The notes: generated from the sequence alone by a model not told the origin. Shown: positions 50,515 through 63,582, counted from the first letter of the whole stretch. The stretch: 63,582 nucleotides of DNA, filler included, from Octopus bimaculoides (GCF_001194135.2; 5 parts of 5 records of this genome joined end to end with filler, not necessarily neighbours in it), one strand, 5' to 3'. Program-made: numbers and translations.

Positions 50515-51548
50515 TTTCATTTATTTGCCACGAGGGTGAAAGATGAGAGGGGACAATACAGAGACAGACATAAAGTGTGGGGGTTTACATATAATAATGA
50601 AATGATAAAATAAATAAATAAATAAAAAGTATACACGGTATACACTGGGAAAGAGGAGACAGGCATAGCATACAGAGGTACAAAAAAGTGGGGAGGAGGA
50701 TGATAGAGATGTGGCCTTCCTGATACTGGAACGCCTCAAGGGATAATCAAAGAGCCCCACTGTCCGAGATTTCCCCTGAAACCCTATGAGCAAGTGCCCT
50801 CTCCAATTCCTTCTCTCTGACTCTCAGGTCTACACTCAGAGAGGTACCATACACTCTTGCCATTTTCGCAACTTTCAATAAATTCACTCACGGACAGCAC
50901 TTCTCCTTCACTCTCAATTTCCTTTTCAACTGAAAGCTGAAGAAGTCAATGAGAGTTTTACCAAAGAGGAATGTATCTGTCCTCATGCTTTTCAGCCTTG
51001 TCCACCAAACACCCTCTTTCGCCACAGTCACCAGGCAAAGGAAAGCTACCTTGCCTGCCCGATTGAAGGAAGGCGGCGGTGCAATCGTCACTACAGACTC
51101 GGCTGACAGAGAGATCTGTCCCACAAGTGACAGTAGCTGTTCAACATAACCACACAAGTCAGCAATACCCGGACACTGGACGAGGGCGTGCAGAACGGTT
51201 TCGTCATTCAGTGCGCAACTCGGACAAGTCCGGCTGACAACGCATCCATGCCTGTAAAGCTTGTCTCGAACCGGTAGCGCACCTCGGTAGCACTGCCAAG
51301 CCAAGGACATCTGGAAATTATCCATGATAGTTCCCGACCGGAAAGTGCTCCGGAACGGACTAGCCAGTTCTCGTCGGCGCCCAGAGTTTCCACGAGAACG
51401 TCATCACACTTAATAATAAATAACCGATCAGCATTGCTTGGAACTGCAAGAATTCTTCGCAGGGTTCTTGAAGCATGACCACTAAAACATGTGTCACTTT
51501 CGTCTGCTGGTTGTGGACAGCTGACACTTTCCATCATACCCAGCAATA
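50515..51548 (-). mobile_element. Tx1/L1-clade LINE 3' fragment (zf-RVT C-terminus and 3' UTR)
   Basis: Minus ORF 50888-51325: SLAWQCYRGALPVRDKL...TCPSCALNDETVLHALVQC...VAKEGVWWTR. 3' UTR ends GGCAAATAAAATG. Confidence 0.9.
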
Positions 51549-51858
51549 TAAGCTGTGAGTTTTAATACAATAATAACAATAATAATAACAATTATTATTA
51601 TCATTGTTGTTGTTGTTATTATTGTTACTCGTTAGTTTTTTTTTTTATATGTTAGGTATTTCTTTTCCAACAGTTCAAGTTTAATATGTTGTGTGTATAT
51701 GAAATAATAATATTCATAACGGAGATGTACTTGCATAGTAAGTGACCTGATCTGAAATCGTGTTCTGAAACAAACAAAAAATTGCAGCGTGGAAGGTGTT
51801 TATAAGCCATTTAAAAACACACAAAAAGCGTTAGATTCACTTCAATATTTAAATTTAA

Positions 51859-51909
51859 TTTGTCAAAATACTTTCGTTGCTTTCAAAGCGCGACCTGTTC
51901 ACTGACAAA
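51859..51909 (-). ncRNA. Minimal hammerhead fold, G3-C8 core
   Basis: Minus: UUUGUCA-GUGAACA-G-GUCGC(9 nt)GCAAC-GAAA-G(UA)U-UU^UGACAAA. Stem I 7 bp. Confidence 0.55.
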
Positions 51910-51928
51910 ATTCCGTGCTGCACGAAAT

Positions 51929-51979
51929 TTTGTCACTGAAGAGGTCACGGTTTCGAAACGACGAAAATATTTTGACAAA
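51929..51979 (+). ncRNA. Minimal hammerhead fold, canonical CUGAAGA core
   Basis: UUUGUCA-CUGAAGA-G-GUC...GAC-GAAA-A(UA)U-UU^UGACAAA. Stem I 7 bp, palindromic stem III AAUAUU. Confidence 0.55.
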
Positions 51980-52118
51980 TTAAATTTAAATGTTGCAGTT
52001 AGTGTATATATATATATANNNNNNNNNNNNNNNNNNNNNNNNNNNNNNNNNNNNNNNNNNNNTTAATTAATTAANNNNNNNNNNNNNNNNNNNNNNNNNN
52101 NNNNNNNNNNNNNNNNNN

Positions 52119-52178
<60 letters not shown>

Positions 52179-52918
52179 GAGAGAGAGAGAGAGACGGACA
52201 GACAGACAGTTATACAGGCAGATAGAAACGAAAAGACAGTGACAGTGAGCAAGAAAAATACACAATGACATTATTATTTGTCACTTTATCGAAGACGTGC
52301 ACTGACCTGCTCTTCCTTCATAGAGAAGCAGATAAGTGCATATAATAGATAATGTCGGAGACTGCAACAGACTGACTGATCAGACAACAGAGCAAACAAT
52401 TGATTGATTAATGTGTTAAGTATTTGTTAATAGTAAAAGACGAAATAAAACGACTGCATGCTTTTATATTGGCGAAATGTCTCCTCCAAATTAAAACATC
52501 TGTTTCAGCCTATGATTTCACATCAAACATCTTGCAGGATCAATAAGACAACGTTGTATTTGTTATACACAAACACGCACAGACACACACACGGACACGA
52601 CAATTTGAGATGACAAAGGAAGATACGATTATCTTATAAACATTAACAATAATGCTGTGGACTCTTAGTTGAGTACCTGAGTAAGGACTTGTGGCTAAGC
52701 GAAATATATTTATGTCGATAAAGGATAAAACTGTAACTAGAGAAAATTATCTAGGGCTACTTTCTGCAATAGAAAACTAGGACGGTTGGTGCTATCATAA
52801 TATACAGAGTCGAAAAATTGAAAATGAATGATAATTAATAACACATAGATGTATTCAATTTAGCTAGTAAAGAGCCTGATTTCAGTTGTACTCGCAAACA
52901 TTCTGTTTTGGATATGTA

Positions 52919-53370
52919 CAGGGTGTTCCAATTGTCACTGATGGATTTCAATTTTTAATAACTTCTTTATCTTTATGAATAAATGCATGCAACTTTGATA
53001 CAATATAAAGGACATAATGGAAACCGATATGCGCAAGTCACATTCTGCAAAGCTACCACATTACTTATGAAAAATGACATCGCTTAAATCGGAGCCATTT
53101 TCGGCTTCGCACGCCCGTGCTCTTTCCAAAACTTGCACCGTAACACCCTCAAAAGTTTTAGATCCTACTTCTCTGATTTCTCTATTGATGTTCTCCTTTA
53201 GTTGCACCAGGGTGTCCGGTTTGTTGACGTAAGCCCTCTCTTTCAGGTATCCCAACAAGAAAAAAATCCGGGCTAGTCAAGTCTGGAGAACACGTGTAAA
53301 AGTGATTGAGATTAGAAACACTTCTGAACGGGACGCTGGTCTGTCGCAGGGTTAACCTACCGATTATAGA
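52919..53370 (-). mobile_element. Tc1/mariner transposase C-terminal remnant with TIR
   Basis: SPDLTSPDFF...GYLKERAYVNKPDTLVQLKENINREI...CEAENGSDLSDVIFHK* matches the SPDL.P.DFFLWG.LK motif. TA|CAGGGTGTTCC end at 52917-52929. Confidence 0.85.
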
Positions 53371-53384
53371 TGGCACTCACAGTT

Positions 53385-53510
53385 CAATCGACTTGAACCA
53401 CGTAAAATAAAGTATTTTGCACAAGGGCACAAGGGCAAAAAAACACCGCTCGTCCCGGGATCGAAACCGCAGTTCTTTGATTGTGAGACCTTTCGCCAAC
53501 ACTCATTTAA
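53385..53510 (-). mobile_element. Diverged tRNA/CORE-like SINE head (family C-like)
   Basis: Minus: GCGGTTTCGATCCCGGGACGAGCGG...GTGCCCTTGTGCAAAATACTTTATTTTACGT. Confidence 0.6.
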
Positions 53511-54603
53511 GTGATGAAAATTTAACTTGATCACAAGAAAGACAATGATTTACAAAACGATGCTAAATACAACGAGAAACTTAATACAACCTTATCAAAT
53601 TTCTGATACCTTATACAATTCACACACATGACAAAAAAAATAATAAAAATTAAAACTGGATCCATAATACGGTTACTATGATCCCATAGGTTTCCTTTCA
53701 ATATTTACCATTTTAATTCAATGAGCATCTTCCTTTAATGAGATAACTAACGGATAATTAATTTGGCCTTAGATTTGTAGCGTGTGGCAATTTAAAAGAA
53801 AATTAGCTACTTAATTGTTTCATTAAGCATGCAGACGCTTCTACTAAATTTCACACGCAAGGAAGCCGATTGTAAAAATCTTAATTGCAACATGGGTATA
53901 TTTAATCAATACCTTCTGTTACTGTTCAACTCCTGAGTCTTCTATGTTGAATATATTCAGTTAGAGAAAGACAATGTAATGCACTTGCTACAGCAAACAA
54001 ATACATTCATTTTAAAATATCTTAATGATGTTATACTTTCTCAGAATTAACACACCTTTGTTTTTGGCATTTTCTCAATTTCAAATATTGCACAACGGTG
54101 TAAAAGTTGTAAGGCAAGGGTAAACAGAAATGCTTGCCGATGGCATACTGTGACGTCATACCTATAACTCATTAGATTCAATTATCCAGACGAATTGGTA
54201 TAATGTAAAAGGGGGGGGGACCTTTCCACTGATCCCTACGTAGAAATGGATTCACATCATTGATTTTAAATTTCTGTGTTATTCTTTTTTTTATCAGATA
54301 TTCCCTTAAATGTCGGCTGTCAATGGGGAAAGTGCCTTTCTTCTTCTTCTTCTTCTTCTTCTTCTTCTTCTTCTTCTTCTTCTCCTCCTCCCCTCCCTGA
54401 AACGCCGCTGCCTACTATAATAAAGGACAATAATTATAACAATTATATGGTATTCTCGCATCATTATATCTTTCAAGTCTAATGATACTTCGATCGCTGC
54501 TCTTCCCTAAAACACCGTGAATTTTATCCTCTTTCGTTCACATTGAAGCCACAGGCGTCGATAAAACGATCCTTTGGCGATTCTCATCTGTTGTTACAGA
54601 AAG

Positions 54604-54720
54604 ACGAGTGGTCCGAGGCTATAGTAGAAGACACTTGCGCAAGGTGCTACGCAGTGAATAAACCCAGAACCATATTGTTGGTTAGCAAGCTACTTACGAC
54701 ACAGCCACTCCTGCGACTAG
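54604..54720 (-). mobile_element. SINE family A head fragment
   Basis: CCGAGGCTATAGTAGAAGACACTTGCGCAAGGTGCTACGCAG...CACAGCCACTCCTGCG. Confidence 0.85.
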
Positions 54721-55749
54721 CACTGGAAAATTATTCTTGTTCAGACTTCATCTTCTCGAGTACTGACAGATAACACTCAATTGATTCTTCAAACCGGTAT
54801 ACTAGCACACAGAAATTAGGATATAAGTTCTGTTGAAGGAAGTAGCCAACTGAATAATAAGAAAACAGGGTTAATAACATTATCTCTAATACACTATTTT
54901 CATTGTTGCGGTTAATGTTGTTCGTGGTGGTAGGGATAGCAGTGGAGGTATTGGGGGTGCTTTTAATTTAAATTTCAAATCCGTACTCCTGCCTTCCTAT
55001 CTTCAGCAGAATTCCCACTCCACAAGATCCAACAGTGATTTTAGACATAAGATTCCCTGGAGAACGCTCATCTATATAAACTTAATTTTTCTTCTTAATT
55101 CCTTAAGTGTTTGACGTGAGAGACAATTGGCTACTATTTAGAGCTGCTTGAAGGACAACGTAGCCCCTTGCACATTAACGTTCTTAGTTGAAGGAGTCAC
55201 TTAAGGTAATGACTGTAAATCTGAANNNNNNNNNNTTATTCTGCTTGTCTCGACATTCATATGATCGAGTGTTACACTTCAAGGATGATAAAGCTATGGA
55301 ACCTTATGGAAGACAATCGGTTCCGGTGCAAGCCACGCTTCAAAGAAATCTTAGCTACGGAACGACCGAATCTTTAACGTAATGAAACAAGGTTTTGAGG
55401 CTCTATGAATTTACGTATTTAAATAGAAATAAAGAAAAAAATATAGAAAAGTTTGAAATTACCCTAATTGCTGTTAATTTATTTAATGATCTGTGGTAAA
55501 ATAAATGTGAAATTCAGATTTATCGAGCTGCAGTATCATTTCTCTCTACTATGGATTCTTAATCGTTATTGCTATTTGATTGAAGGCCTCGTTCTATTGT
55601 AAACGTTCTGCAACGCAATCAGCTTCAATTTTACCATTCTTGTTTTCTATAGAAATAAAAGATCCAACCATAAAAAAAAAAATAGGAAAAGAAGAAGACA
55701 AGAATATTAGTAGAAGTCGAACACAAAATAATCAAAATGAGGAACAATT

Positions 55750-55750
<1 letters not shown>

Positions 55751-55804
<54 letters not shown>

Positions 55805-55965
55805 TGAAAGATAATGATGCTGATACTGATAATGAGAATGATGATGATGATGATGATGATGAAGACCATGATGGTGGAGGTGATGGTGGTGGTGGTGGCG
55901 GTGGTGGTGGTGGTGGTGATGAGGATGATGATAATGGAGATTATGATGATGATGGTGATGATGTT
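55751..55965. repeat. (AAT)n followed by GAT/GGT low-complexity tract
   Basis: Direct reading. Explains the poly-D/G/M ORFs. Confidence 0.9.
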
Positions 55966-56805
55966 NNNNNNNNNNNNNNNNNNNNNNNNNNNNNNNNNNN
56001 NNNNNNNNNNNNNNNNNNNNNNNNNNNNNNNNNNNNNNNNNNNNNNNNNNNNNNNNNNNNNNNNNNNNNNNNNNNNNNNNNNNNNNNNNNNNNNNNNNNN
56101 NNNNNNNNNNNNNNNNNNNNNNNNNNNNNNNNNNNNNNNNNNNNNNNNNNNNNNNNNNNNNNNNNNNNNNNNNNNNNNNNNNNNNNNNNNNNNNNNNNNN
56201 NNNNNNNNNNNNNNNNNNNNNNNNNNNNNNNNNNNNNNNNNNNNNNNNNNNNNNNNNNNNNNNNNNNGGCGAAGGAGGAAAGCAAGGTGGTGGTGGTGGT
56301 GGTGGTGGTGGTGGTGGTGGTGGTGGTGTCGATTGATAGTGAAAATAATATTAACGAAAGTTAATACAAAGAAGATAAGAACAATCATGGAGATGAAGAA
56401 TAAAGAAGATTAAGAAAATAAAATAACAGAAAAGAAGACCAAAAAACCAAAACCAATCCTGCGCTCATTATAATCATGTCGGTGGAGATGATGACTTCAA
56501 ATTGCAACATCGACATTGTCAGGTTCTCTGACAGACAGTCTGTCTATAGTTTCTATTTATGTACAAAGCTAATATGGCAGGGATTAACATATATAATATG
56601 CTATCTATAAATAGTTGGGTTACATGATAATTTCACTTCCAATCAGCTAACCAAACTGACTATGCACACAACAGTTCTATGACAATTTTATCCTGTGAGA
56701 GTAAGAATAAGAATGAAAAGGAGAGAGGGAAAGAGGGTAACACGAAAAAAGTATTCAGAAAAAATGTACGAAAACCCTATAAATACATATACAATACATA
56801 CATAT

Positions 56806-56838
<33 letters not shown>

Positions 56839-57313
56839 NNNNNNNNNNNNNNNNNNNNNNNNNNNNNNNNNNNNNNNNNNNNNNNNNNNNNNNNNNNNNN
56901 NNNNNNNNNNNNNNNNNNNNNNNNNNNNNNNNNNNNNNNNNNNNNNNNNNNNNNNNNNNNNNNNNNNNNNNNNNNNNNNNNNNNNNNNNNNNNNNNNNNN
57001 NNNNNNNNNNNNNNNNNNNNNNNNNNNNNNNNNNNNNNNNNNNNNNNNNNNNNNNNNNNNNNNNNNNNNNNNNNNNNNNNNNNNNNNNNNNNNNNNNNNN
57101 NNNNNNNNNNNNNNNNNNNNNNNNNNNNNNNNNNNNNNNNNNNNNNNNNNNNNNNNNNNNNNNNNNNNNNNNNNNNNNNNNNNNNNNNNNNNNNNNNNNN
57201 NNNNNNNNNNNNNNNNNNNNNNNNNNNNNNNNNNNNNNNNNNNNNNNNNNNNNNNNNNNNNNNNNNNNNNNNNNNNNNNNNNNNNNNNNNNNNNNNNNNN
57301 NNNNNNNNNNNNN

Positions 57314-57364
<51 letters not shown>

Positions 57365-58048
57365 ACACACACACAGGCACATATATGCATATTGCACATA
57401 TGTTTAGAGACATACTCGTACAGCTGCACACACACTCACGAATATACAAATATAAATTTATATACGTGCATCTTTGAAAAGACATGGAGAGTGACAAGAG
57501 GGAGGTTAATAAAAAAAAAGAATACGAATGAGAATGAGACAATCGTTATCTATTAATTGCCATTAATGACTATATATAATCTTTTTCTCTATAAAAAAAA
57601 AATTATTGGATAAAGACATACATTAAGAGAGCTAAAAAGAGGGAGAGATAGAGAGAACGAAACAACAAGAAAGACAGAAAGGATGAGAGGAAGAGAGGAA
57701 GAGAGGAAGGGAGCAGCTCAGAGTGACAAAAGGAGCATTTTTGTTAGTAATTTATTTTGTTCTTGTGCAATATGTATTTATTATTATATTTTTGTGCTTC
57801 TTTTTGGAACTCTATTTGATTGCTTCGTGTGGTTTTATATAAATTTTCAGGATTTCGATACTTTTCTGTAATCTACAGAATAGACTTTGGCTTATTCTGA
57901 ATGTACATTTAAGTTGACTTCAGGTAATACCTTTACAAATCATTCGGACATAAAAATAGTCTAATGATTAGTTTCACATGGCTCTTGTTTCTATATCTAG
58001 ATATACACTTGTTTATATATGTATGACACCTCCACCCACACATAAACA

Positions 58049-58089
<41 letters not shown>

Positions 58090-58352
58090 GCACGCACATA
58101 CATATATATGCATATACACACATATATATAATACAGATTTTACTATCATTCTTTCGAATACTCCGTAATTCTATATTTAAACCGCTAAGGATATTACTCT
58201 TCTATGAAATGCATGTATGTATGTGTGCAATATATATGTAAGTGTATACATATACATACGTGCATATATACATTGATACATACATACAAACACAGATAAA
58301 CAAACATATGCACACACACACACACACACACACTAACACACACACATATATA

Positions 58353-58468
58353 TATGACGGGCTTCTTTCAGTTTCCGTCTACCATATCCTCTCAGAACGC
58401 TTTGGTCAACCCGAAGTTATAATAGAAGACACTTGCCCAAGGTGCTACGCATTGGGACTGAACCTGGA
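58353..58468 (-). mobile_element. SINE family A, CORE-like part, 5'-truncated
   Basis: GACGGGCTTCTTTCAGTTTCCGTCTACC...GAAGACACTTGCCCAAGGTGCTACGC. Confidence 0.85.
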
Positions 58469-58792
58469 CACGTATTTCCAGAAACTTCTTGTCGACTTGC
58501 AAAATCCTCGAAAGTTTTTGTTTTATGCCAAGCGATATAACTCTTAACTTGACCTTCCTCGGTTCGTCTCGTCGTCTTTTCCTCAGCAACCCCGAACCGG
58601 ATGTGTCTTCTCTCCTTCAACAATGGAGAGCATCATTCGCCCCATTTACTTCCATTACATTCATCTCTGAAGAGAGCATGGCTGGTATCTAACTCTCCTT
58701 TGAACACTCAGCACGAAACCGATACGGTAAGATCTGCCGTAATGATTGTATATTACTGTACAGTTCGATTAATACACGCACACACACACACA

Positions 58793-58873
<81 letters not shown>

Positions 58874-59390
58874 GCACATGTAATCGCTTATATACATATG
58901 TACATGCCGAAACACACACAAGTAAACATATATAGATTCGTTCGATATCTAGTCAGTGTATTGTGAAAGATTTATATATAATTTCACACAGCCATACACA
59001 CACAAACATGCACGCGCACACACATACACACACAAGCACACATACGCATATGAACACACGCTTACATACATATTGTATTGTTTGATAGAAAATAACCTGG
59101 AATATAAAGACTAATCATACAAATGGACGAGAAAGGATGTGGTGCTAGGAGTGTATCGGAGTGTATTGTTGTTGTTGCTGTTGCTGTTGGTGGTGGTGGT
59201 GGTGGTGGTGGTGGTGGTGTGAGCACTGATGTTGATGGAGGATAGAAAGATATTATCGAAATATCGTCGAAGGAGTAAGATGCGAGTAAGATGTAGTGAC
59301 AAGAGACGACAGGGGAGGTGGGTGGTAAGTGATGAAAGAGAGAGTGATAGATAAACAAATGAATAAATAGATAGACAGACCGACAGATAA

Positions 59391-59423
<33 letters not shown>

Positions 59424-59805
59424 CAGACAAATAGACAGATAGAAAGAGGGAGAGAGGGAGAGAGAGAGAGAGAGTGACAGTGACAAAGGAGAAGATGGAG
59501 AGTTCTAGCAAAGTATGATAATCCTGAAAATAGAATGAAAAATGGATTTAGCATCAATAGCTACGTGATGGATCTATGAAAAATGATTTATCGATCACGC
59601 AAAGAGTGGAGGAGGTTGTGCTGTATTTCTTGTTCTAGATGTTGTTGTTGTTCTCGTTGTGTTGTTCTTGTTGATTTTCTTTCGTTACTTTTTTTTTTCC
59701 TCGGGGATAGAGGTGGCGCTAGATGTCAGTGGAAGGGATATTTGTGAGGAAAATGAACTCAAGATAATAACAACATGCAATGATGATGTTTATAATAACA
59801 ACAGC

Positions 59806-59856
<51 letters not shown>

Positions 59857-59857
<1 letters not shown>

Positions 59858-60126
59858 GAAACACCTACAGAAAAAGCTAAGCGCTTGAAAACCCGTGCTA
59901 AAATTGCTGCCTTAGCTATTATGACTGAAAAATGGCATGGAAAACCTCTCAATGGCAAATACCCAAAGAGAGCGAATAATGCAGATATTGACAAAGCCCT
60001 TACCCACCAATGGTTAATGGCCTCTGGATTGAAATCAGAAACAGAGGGGTTTATCATAGCAGCCCAAGATCAATGCCTACCTACAAAGAACTACCAGGCC
60101 AACATATTAAAGAACGGCAGCTCCCC
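59857..60126 (+). mobile_element. R4/Dong-clade LINE fragment, open frame, runs into gap
   Basis: EKWHGKPLNGKY...DKALTHQWLMASGLKSETEGFIIAAQDQCLPTKNYQANILK matches the post-RT motif W..K.LHG.Y...WL...LK.ETEGFI.AAQDQ.L.T..Y of R4/Dong elements. Confidence 0.9.
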
Positions 60127-61409
60127 NNNNNNNNNNNNNNNNNNNNNNNNNNNNNNNNNNNNNNNNNNNNTTAATTAATTAANNNNNNNNNNNNNNNNNN
60201 NNNNNNNNNNNNNNNNNNNNNNNNNNCATATATATATATGTATATATATATATATACATACATATATAAACAAACATATGTGGATGTATGTATGTGTGCA
60301 TGTTTGTAAGTATTTATTATTTATTCATGTATGTCTGTATGTATGTACGTATGTATGTATGTTTGTATGTACAAAAAGTACATTTAACCAAAAGTGCATG
60401 TTCTAATGTCTGGAACACGTCACGAGTCGTTAGTGAATTTGGCATAGCAATCCCGATACAAATATCGAGCAGGTTATAATTTTGTAACAAAACTTTGACT
60501 CCAATAGTAAAATAAAGATAAGTAGATCAATAAATTTTGATCAGTCGCTAGCTCTTACTCAATAAAATACATTTTCATTACGATTCTTTTTCCATGTCCC
60601 GTATATTTACACCAAAAATATATAACGTAAAACATGTTGATGGAATTTCTTGAAATTGAAAAATTATAATTTTCAATAAACATTGCCTGAAAAGTTTCAC
60701 ACATCATAGAAAGTTAGAAAATTTTAACTTAAGACATGTATTACATTGCGATAATAACATAACTCAACAGGAAATTGTTTCACATAATTTTATTTACGTT
60801 TCTTGTATATTTCCATTCGAAAACCACGGTTAACTTCTTTTCAAAATAACATCAATAATTTCTCAGCTCCATCAAGAATTATATTTTGTCATGTGTGAAA
60901 CTGTCTGCGTTGAAATTAAACTCGTAACAGACTTTTGCTTCTATGCAGAAAGTTTTCTAATAAATAAAAAAAAATTGTAGACTTTACTTGGGATAATTAA
61001 TTGAAATATTCATACAGACAATGGGCCAAATAATAATGAGTTACTATTAATAGAATTCTGCACAAAAGACTGTTCGAGCGAGCCCAGCAAAATATGTTTA
61101 CCTATTATAAGATGTTTGATAATGTTATATTTTTTATTGATCTGGAACGTTCTATTGTGAATAGTATATAAGAGCAGTGTTTTACAAGTATTCGAGTAAG
61201 ATGTATTTTGAAAACCGTAAGAGTTGTATAAGAAAATAAAAAAATTACGAATCACCAAGTTTTTCAATATTCTGTTTATGTCAAGTTCGTTTCTCTTAAC
61301 AAGATTATGTTTTGTATTGGGTTGTAACAAACAATATAATAATGACTTATTTCTAGACGCTTCAAAATATCGGGTGATTGCTTTTTATATGTTTATGGAC
61401 TTATATAGC

Positions 61410-61620
61410 TTACACATTTTTGCACAAGGCCAGGAAGTTCGGCTGAGGGTATAAGTAGATTACATCGTTCCCCGGACTCAAATGGTGCTAATTTTATCGA
61501 CTATGATTGGATGAGGTAAAGTCAACTTCGGCGGAATTTGAACTCAGTACATAAAGACAGATGACACGTGCGTCGCAAAGCATTTTGCCTGGCGTGCTAA
61601 CAATTTTGCCACCTCTCCAC
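61410..61620 (-). mobile_element. SINE family B
   Basis: TTTTTGCACAAGGCCAG...GTAAAGTCAACTTCGGCGGAATTTGAACTCAG...GCATTTTGCCTGGCGTGCTAAC. Confidence 0.85.
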
Positions 61621-63582
61621 CTTTCTATTGTCTTATATTGGTCCCGCAAAGTTCCAAAAATATTAGCCACATATAATAAATACATCGATATTCTCACCGA
61701 CAGTACACTAGAGAGAGCAATGAGTAGCTGTAAGAAATGCATGCGATTTGGTATTTCGAAAATCTAGCGAAAAACCAACAGACAATACAACGACAACATT
61801 TTCTCCATGGCGGTCGCGTGTATTTAGATATGATCACTAGATAGGAAACCATAATCTATCCGCATAGTCTATCTTGAATTGTATTGATTCCAAGAATTGC
61901 TGATTCTAGCTAGTCCAACGCTTAAATAAAGAGATAGAGTTCACCTCAAAATATGGGAACAAGAAAACAGTGTGAATATGAAGGACACTGGTGAAGACTT
62001 GTTAAGATGAAGATTAAAAGAATGGGGCCAACAGGATACAGAGATGATAATTTCTAAGTACGAAATAGGACATGCCGATTTGAACTATTTCTGTTATTTA
62101 TGTGAATAATTGTGTTTCTGTACTGGATTAAGGTGTGTGTTTGAAGCGAGTGGTTTTAAACACCAACCCATTCAATGATATGATCCGTTGCCAGATTAGT
62201 AGGAAGTCTGAAAGCAGAGATGCTTCACAATAGCAACCACTATTCATCTATTCATTCGTCACACCGTAGACAAATTATTCCAAAATGAGATTTCCTCCGA
62301 AAAGGTCAAATGTAACAGCATCAGCATATACGTGGTGATATCTGAGCTGTTGAGATAGTTTTCGATTTGGAAGTCAATTGTAGCTAACCACTCTTCCTTT
62401 TAGTGCTTATGACATTGCCGATATAGAGAAAAACGTTATAGGAAATGAGAATGACTACAAACAACGGTTCTGTATTCGAACTCCCAAAATATAAAACATC
62501 ATTCATCTGTGTCTGAACACAAAGTTATTTCTGCTTTTGCTCTACAAAACTTGGCTTGACAAAGCAATACTTCTCAACCTTACTTCGTGATACAGAACCC
62601 AATGCTAACATATAACGAATGTTTCCGAAGTTGTATAATGCAAAATTTGTGTAATGTTGCCAGTAAGGATGTGGATGTGAATCTTTGTGTCAGACAGTGA
62701 GCGTGAACAGAAGTTGTGTGGATATGCATGGGCTTATGTGACGGGGTCTGTGTTGTGTCTGGGTTATGAAAAGAGGTATGTATGAGAGTACATAGCACTT
62801 GAAGTGAAATATGTCTTTGTGCATGAATATAAATATACTCTCACACAAATACGTGTATATGTGTGTTTATACATACATATATGATATTTAAAAACAATAT
62901 TAATTGCGATATATTCTTCTATCTCTGTACTTTTTAATGATTACCCAGAATATGTTATATTTCTCAAATCTTTATAAAGAAATTTAACCATATATTAATT
63001 TCATACATAAATACACGGTTAGTTACTATATACTGCTTTTCTTTATACGTTTTAATGCTTACCAGTACATATTATGTTATATTTTATGTTTACTTCTCTA
63101 AATATACTTCCTTTCCCCGCTTTATAACACTTATACCAATTTGTTTTTTTATAAAACCATATTCAGTTATTTGAAATGCTCTATACTAAAAACATAAAAA
63201 TATAACTGTATGTTTTTTTCTACCTCCGATGAGATTTAATTTTATTTTGATTTAATTACATTAATTTATTTTGAAAGTCTGAATCGAAACAGCTGTCAGA
63301 GATTATGTCTATTTTTGTAATTAATAAATATAATTATTAATTGATTTATCTCTAATTTCTTTTATATTTATATATATATTTATATTTATATATCACTATT
63401 TCTTATATATATCCTTATTTCTTATATATATATATATAGGTCCCCAGCTTCTTCCCCAACCCAACCTCCCAACCTGGCTCGTTCCCCCTGCTCCCGCCCA
63501 CGCTGCCGCACTTGCCCTTACCTCTCCAACACCACCCTCCTCACCAGCACCCATCACCGACCCTATCGCATCACCGACTCCT

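Larger units (their letters stand above)
51843..51995. repeat. Snap-back inverted repeat (76-bp arms, 1-nt centre at 51919) with a hammerhead fold in each arm
   Basis: CAATATTTAAATTTAATTTGTCAAAATA...GTGC-T-GCAC...TATTTTGACAAATTAAATTTAAATGTTG. Confidence 0.9.

Noticed and set aside
50359-52929. Pairing the two CAGGGTG ends as one Tc1/mariner element
   Set aside because: Both are in the same orientation, so they cannot be the two TIRs of one element.
55750-56413. Acidic Asp/Gly-rich ORF
   Set aside because: GAT/GGT low-complexity tract plus gap; no unique coding sequence or splice context.
62230-62500. Two ~45-aa open frames on the minus strand, one hydrophobic
   Set aside because: Short, frameshifted relative to each other, weak splice signals, no recognisable family.

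Overview
Eukaryotic, AT-rich draft-assembly window, very dense in microsatellites and with many N gaps. The repeat repertoire (several tRNA-headed SINE families, RTE, Tx1/L1, R4/Dong and Penelope-like retroelements, mariner/hAT/Mutator-type DNA elements) points to an octopus or other coleoid cephalopod intron or intergenic region; this is inference, not a database match. I recognise no host protein-coding gene. Nearly all listed ORFs are microsatellite or N-gap artefacts, and the few with real signal are transposon remnants. The most interesting signal is a set of eight minimal type I hammerhead-ribozyme (HHR) folds plus two decayed ones, found by eye. Most sit in Penelope-like terminal repeats or in snap-back inverted repeats. 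Together their catalytic cores show all four Watson-Crick combinations at the tertiary 3-8 pair (C-G, G-C, A-U, U-A), including a reciprocal C3-G8/G3-C8 pair in the two arms of one hairpin. Other notable items are a tRNA-Thr(UGU)-like unit in a 293-bp tandem duplication, a frame-intact Dong/R4 fragment abutting (AAT)n, and bipartite SINEs that carry an internal microsatellite. All alignments and folds were done by hand and none has been checked by search or folding software.
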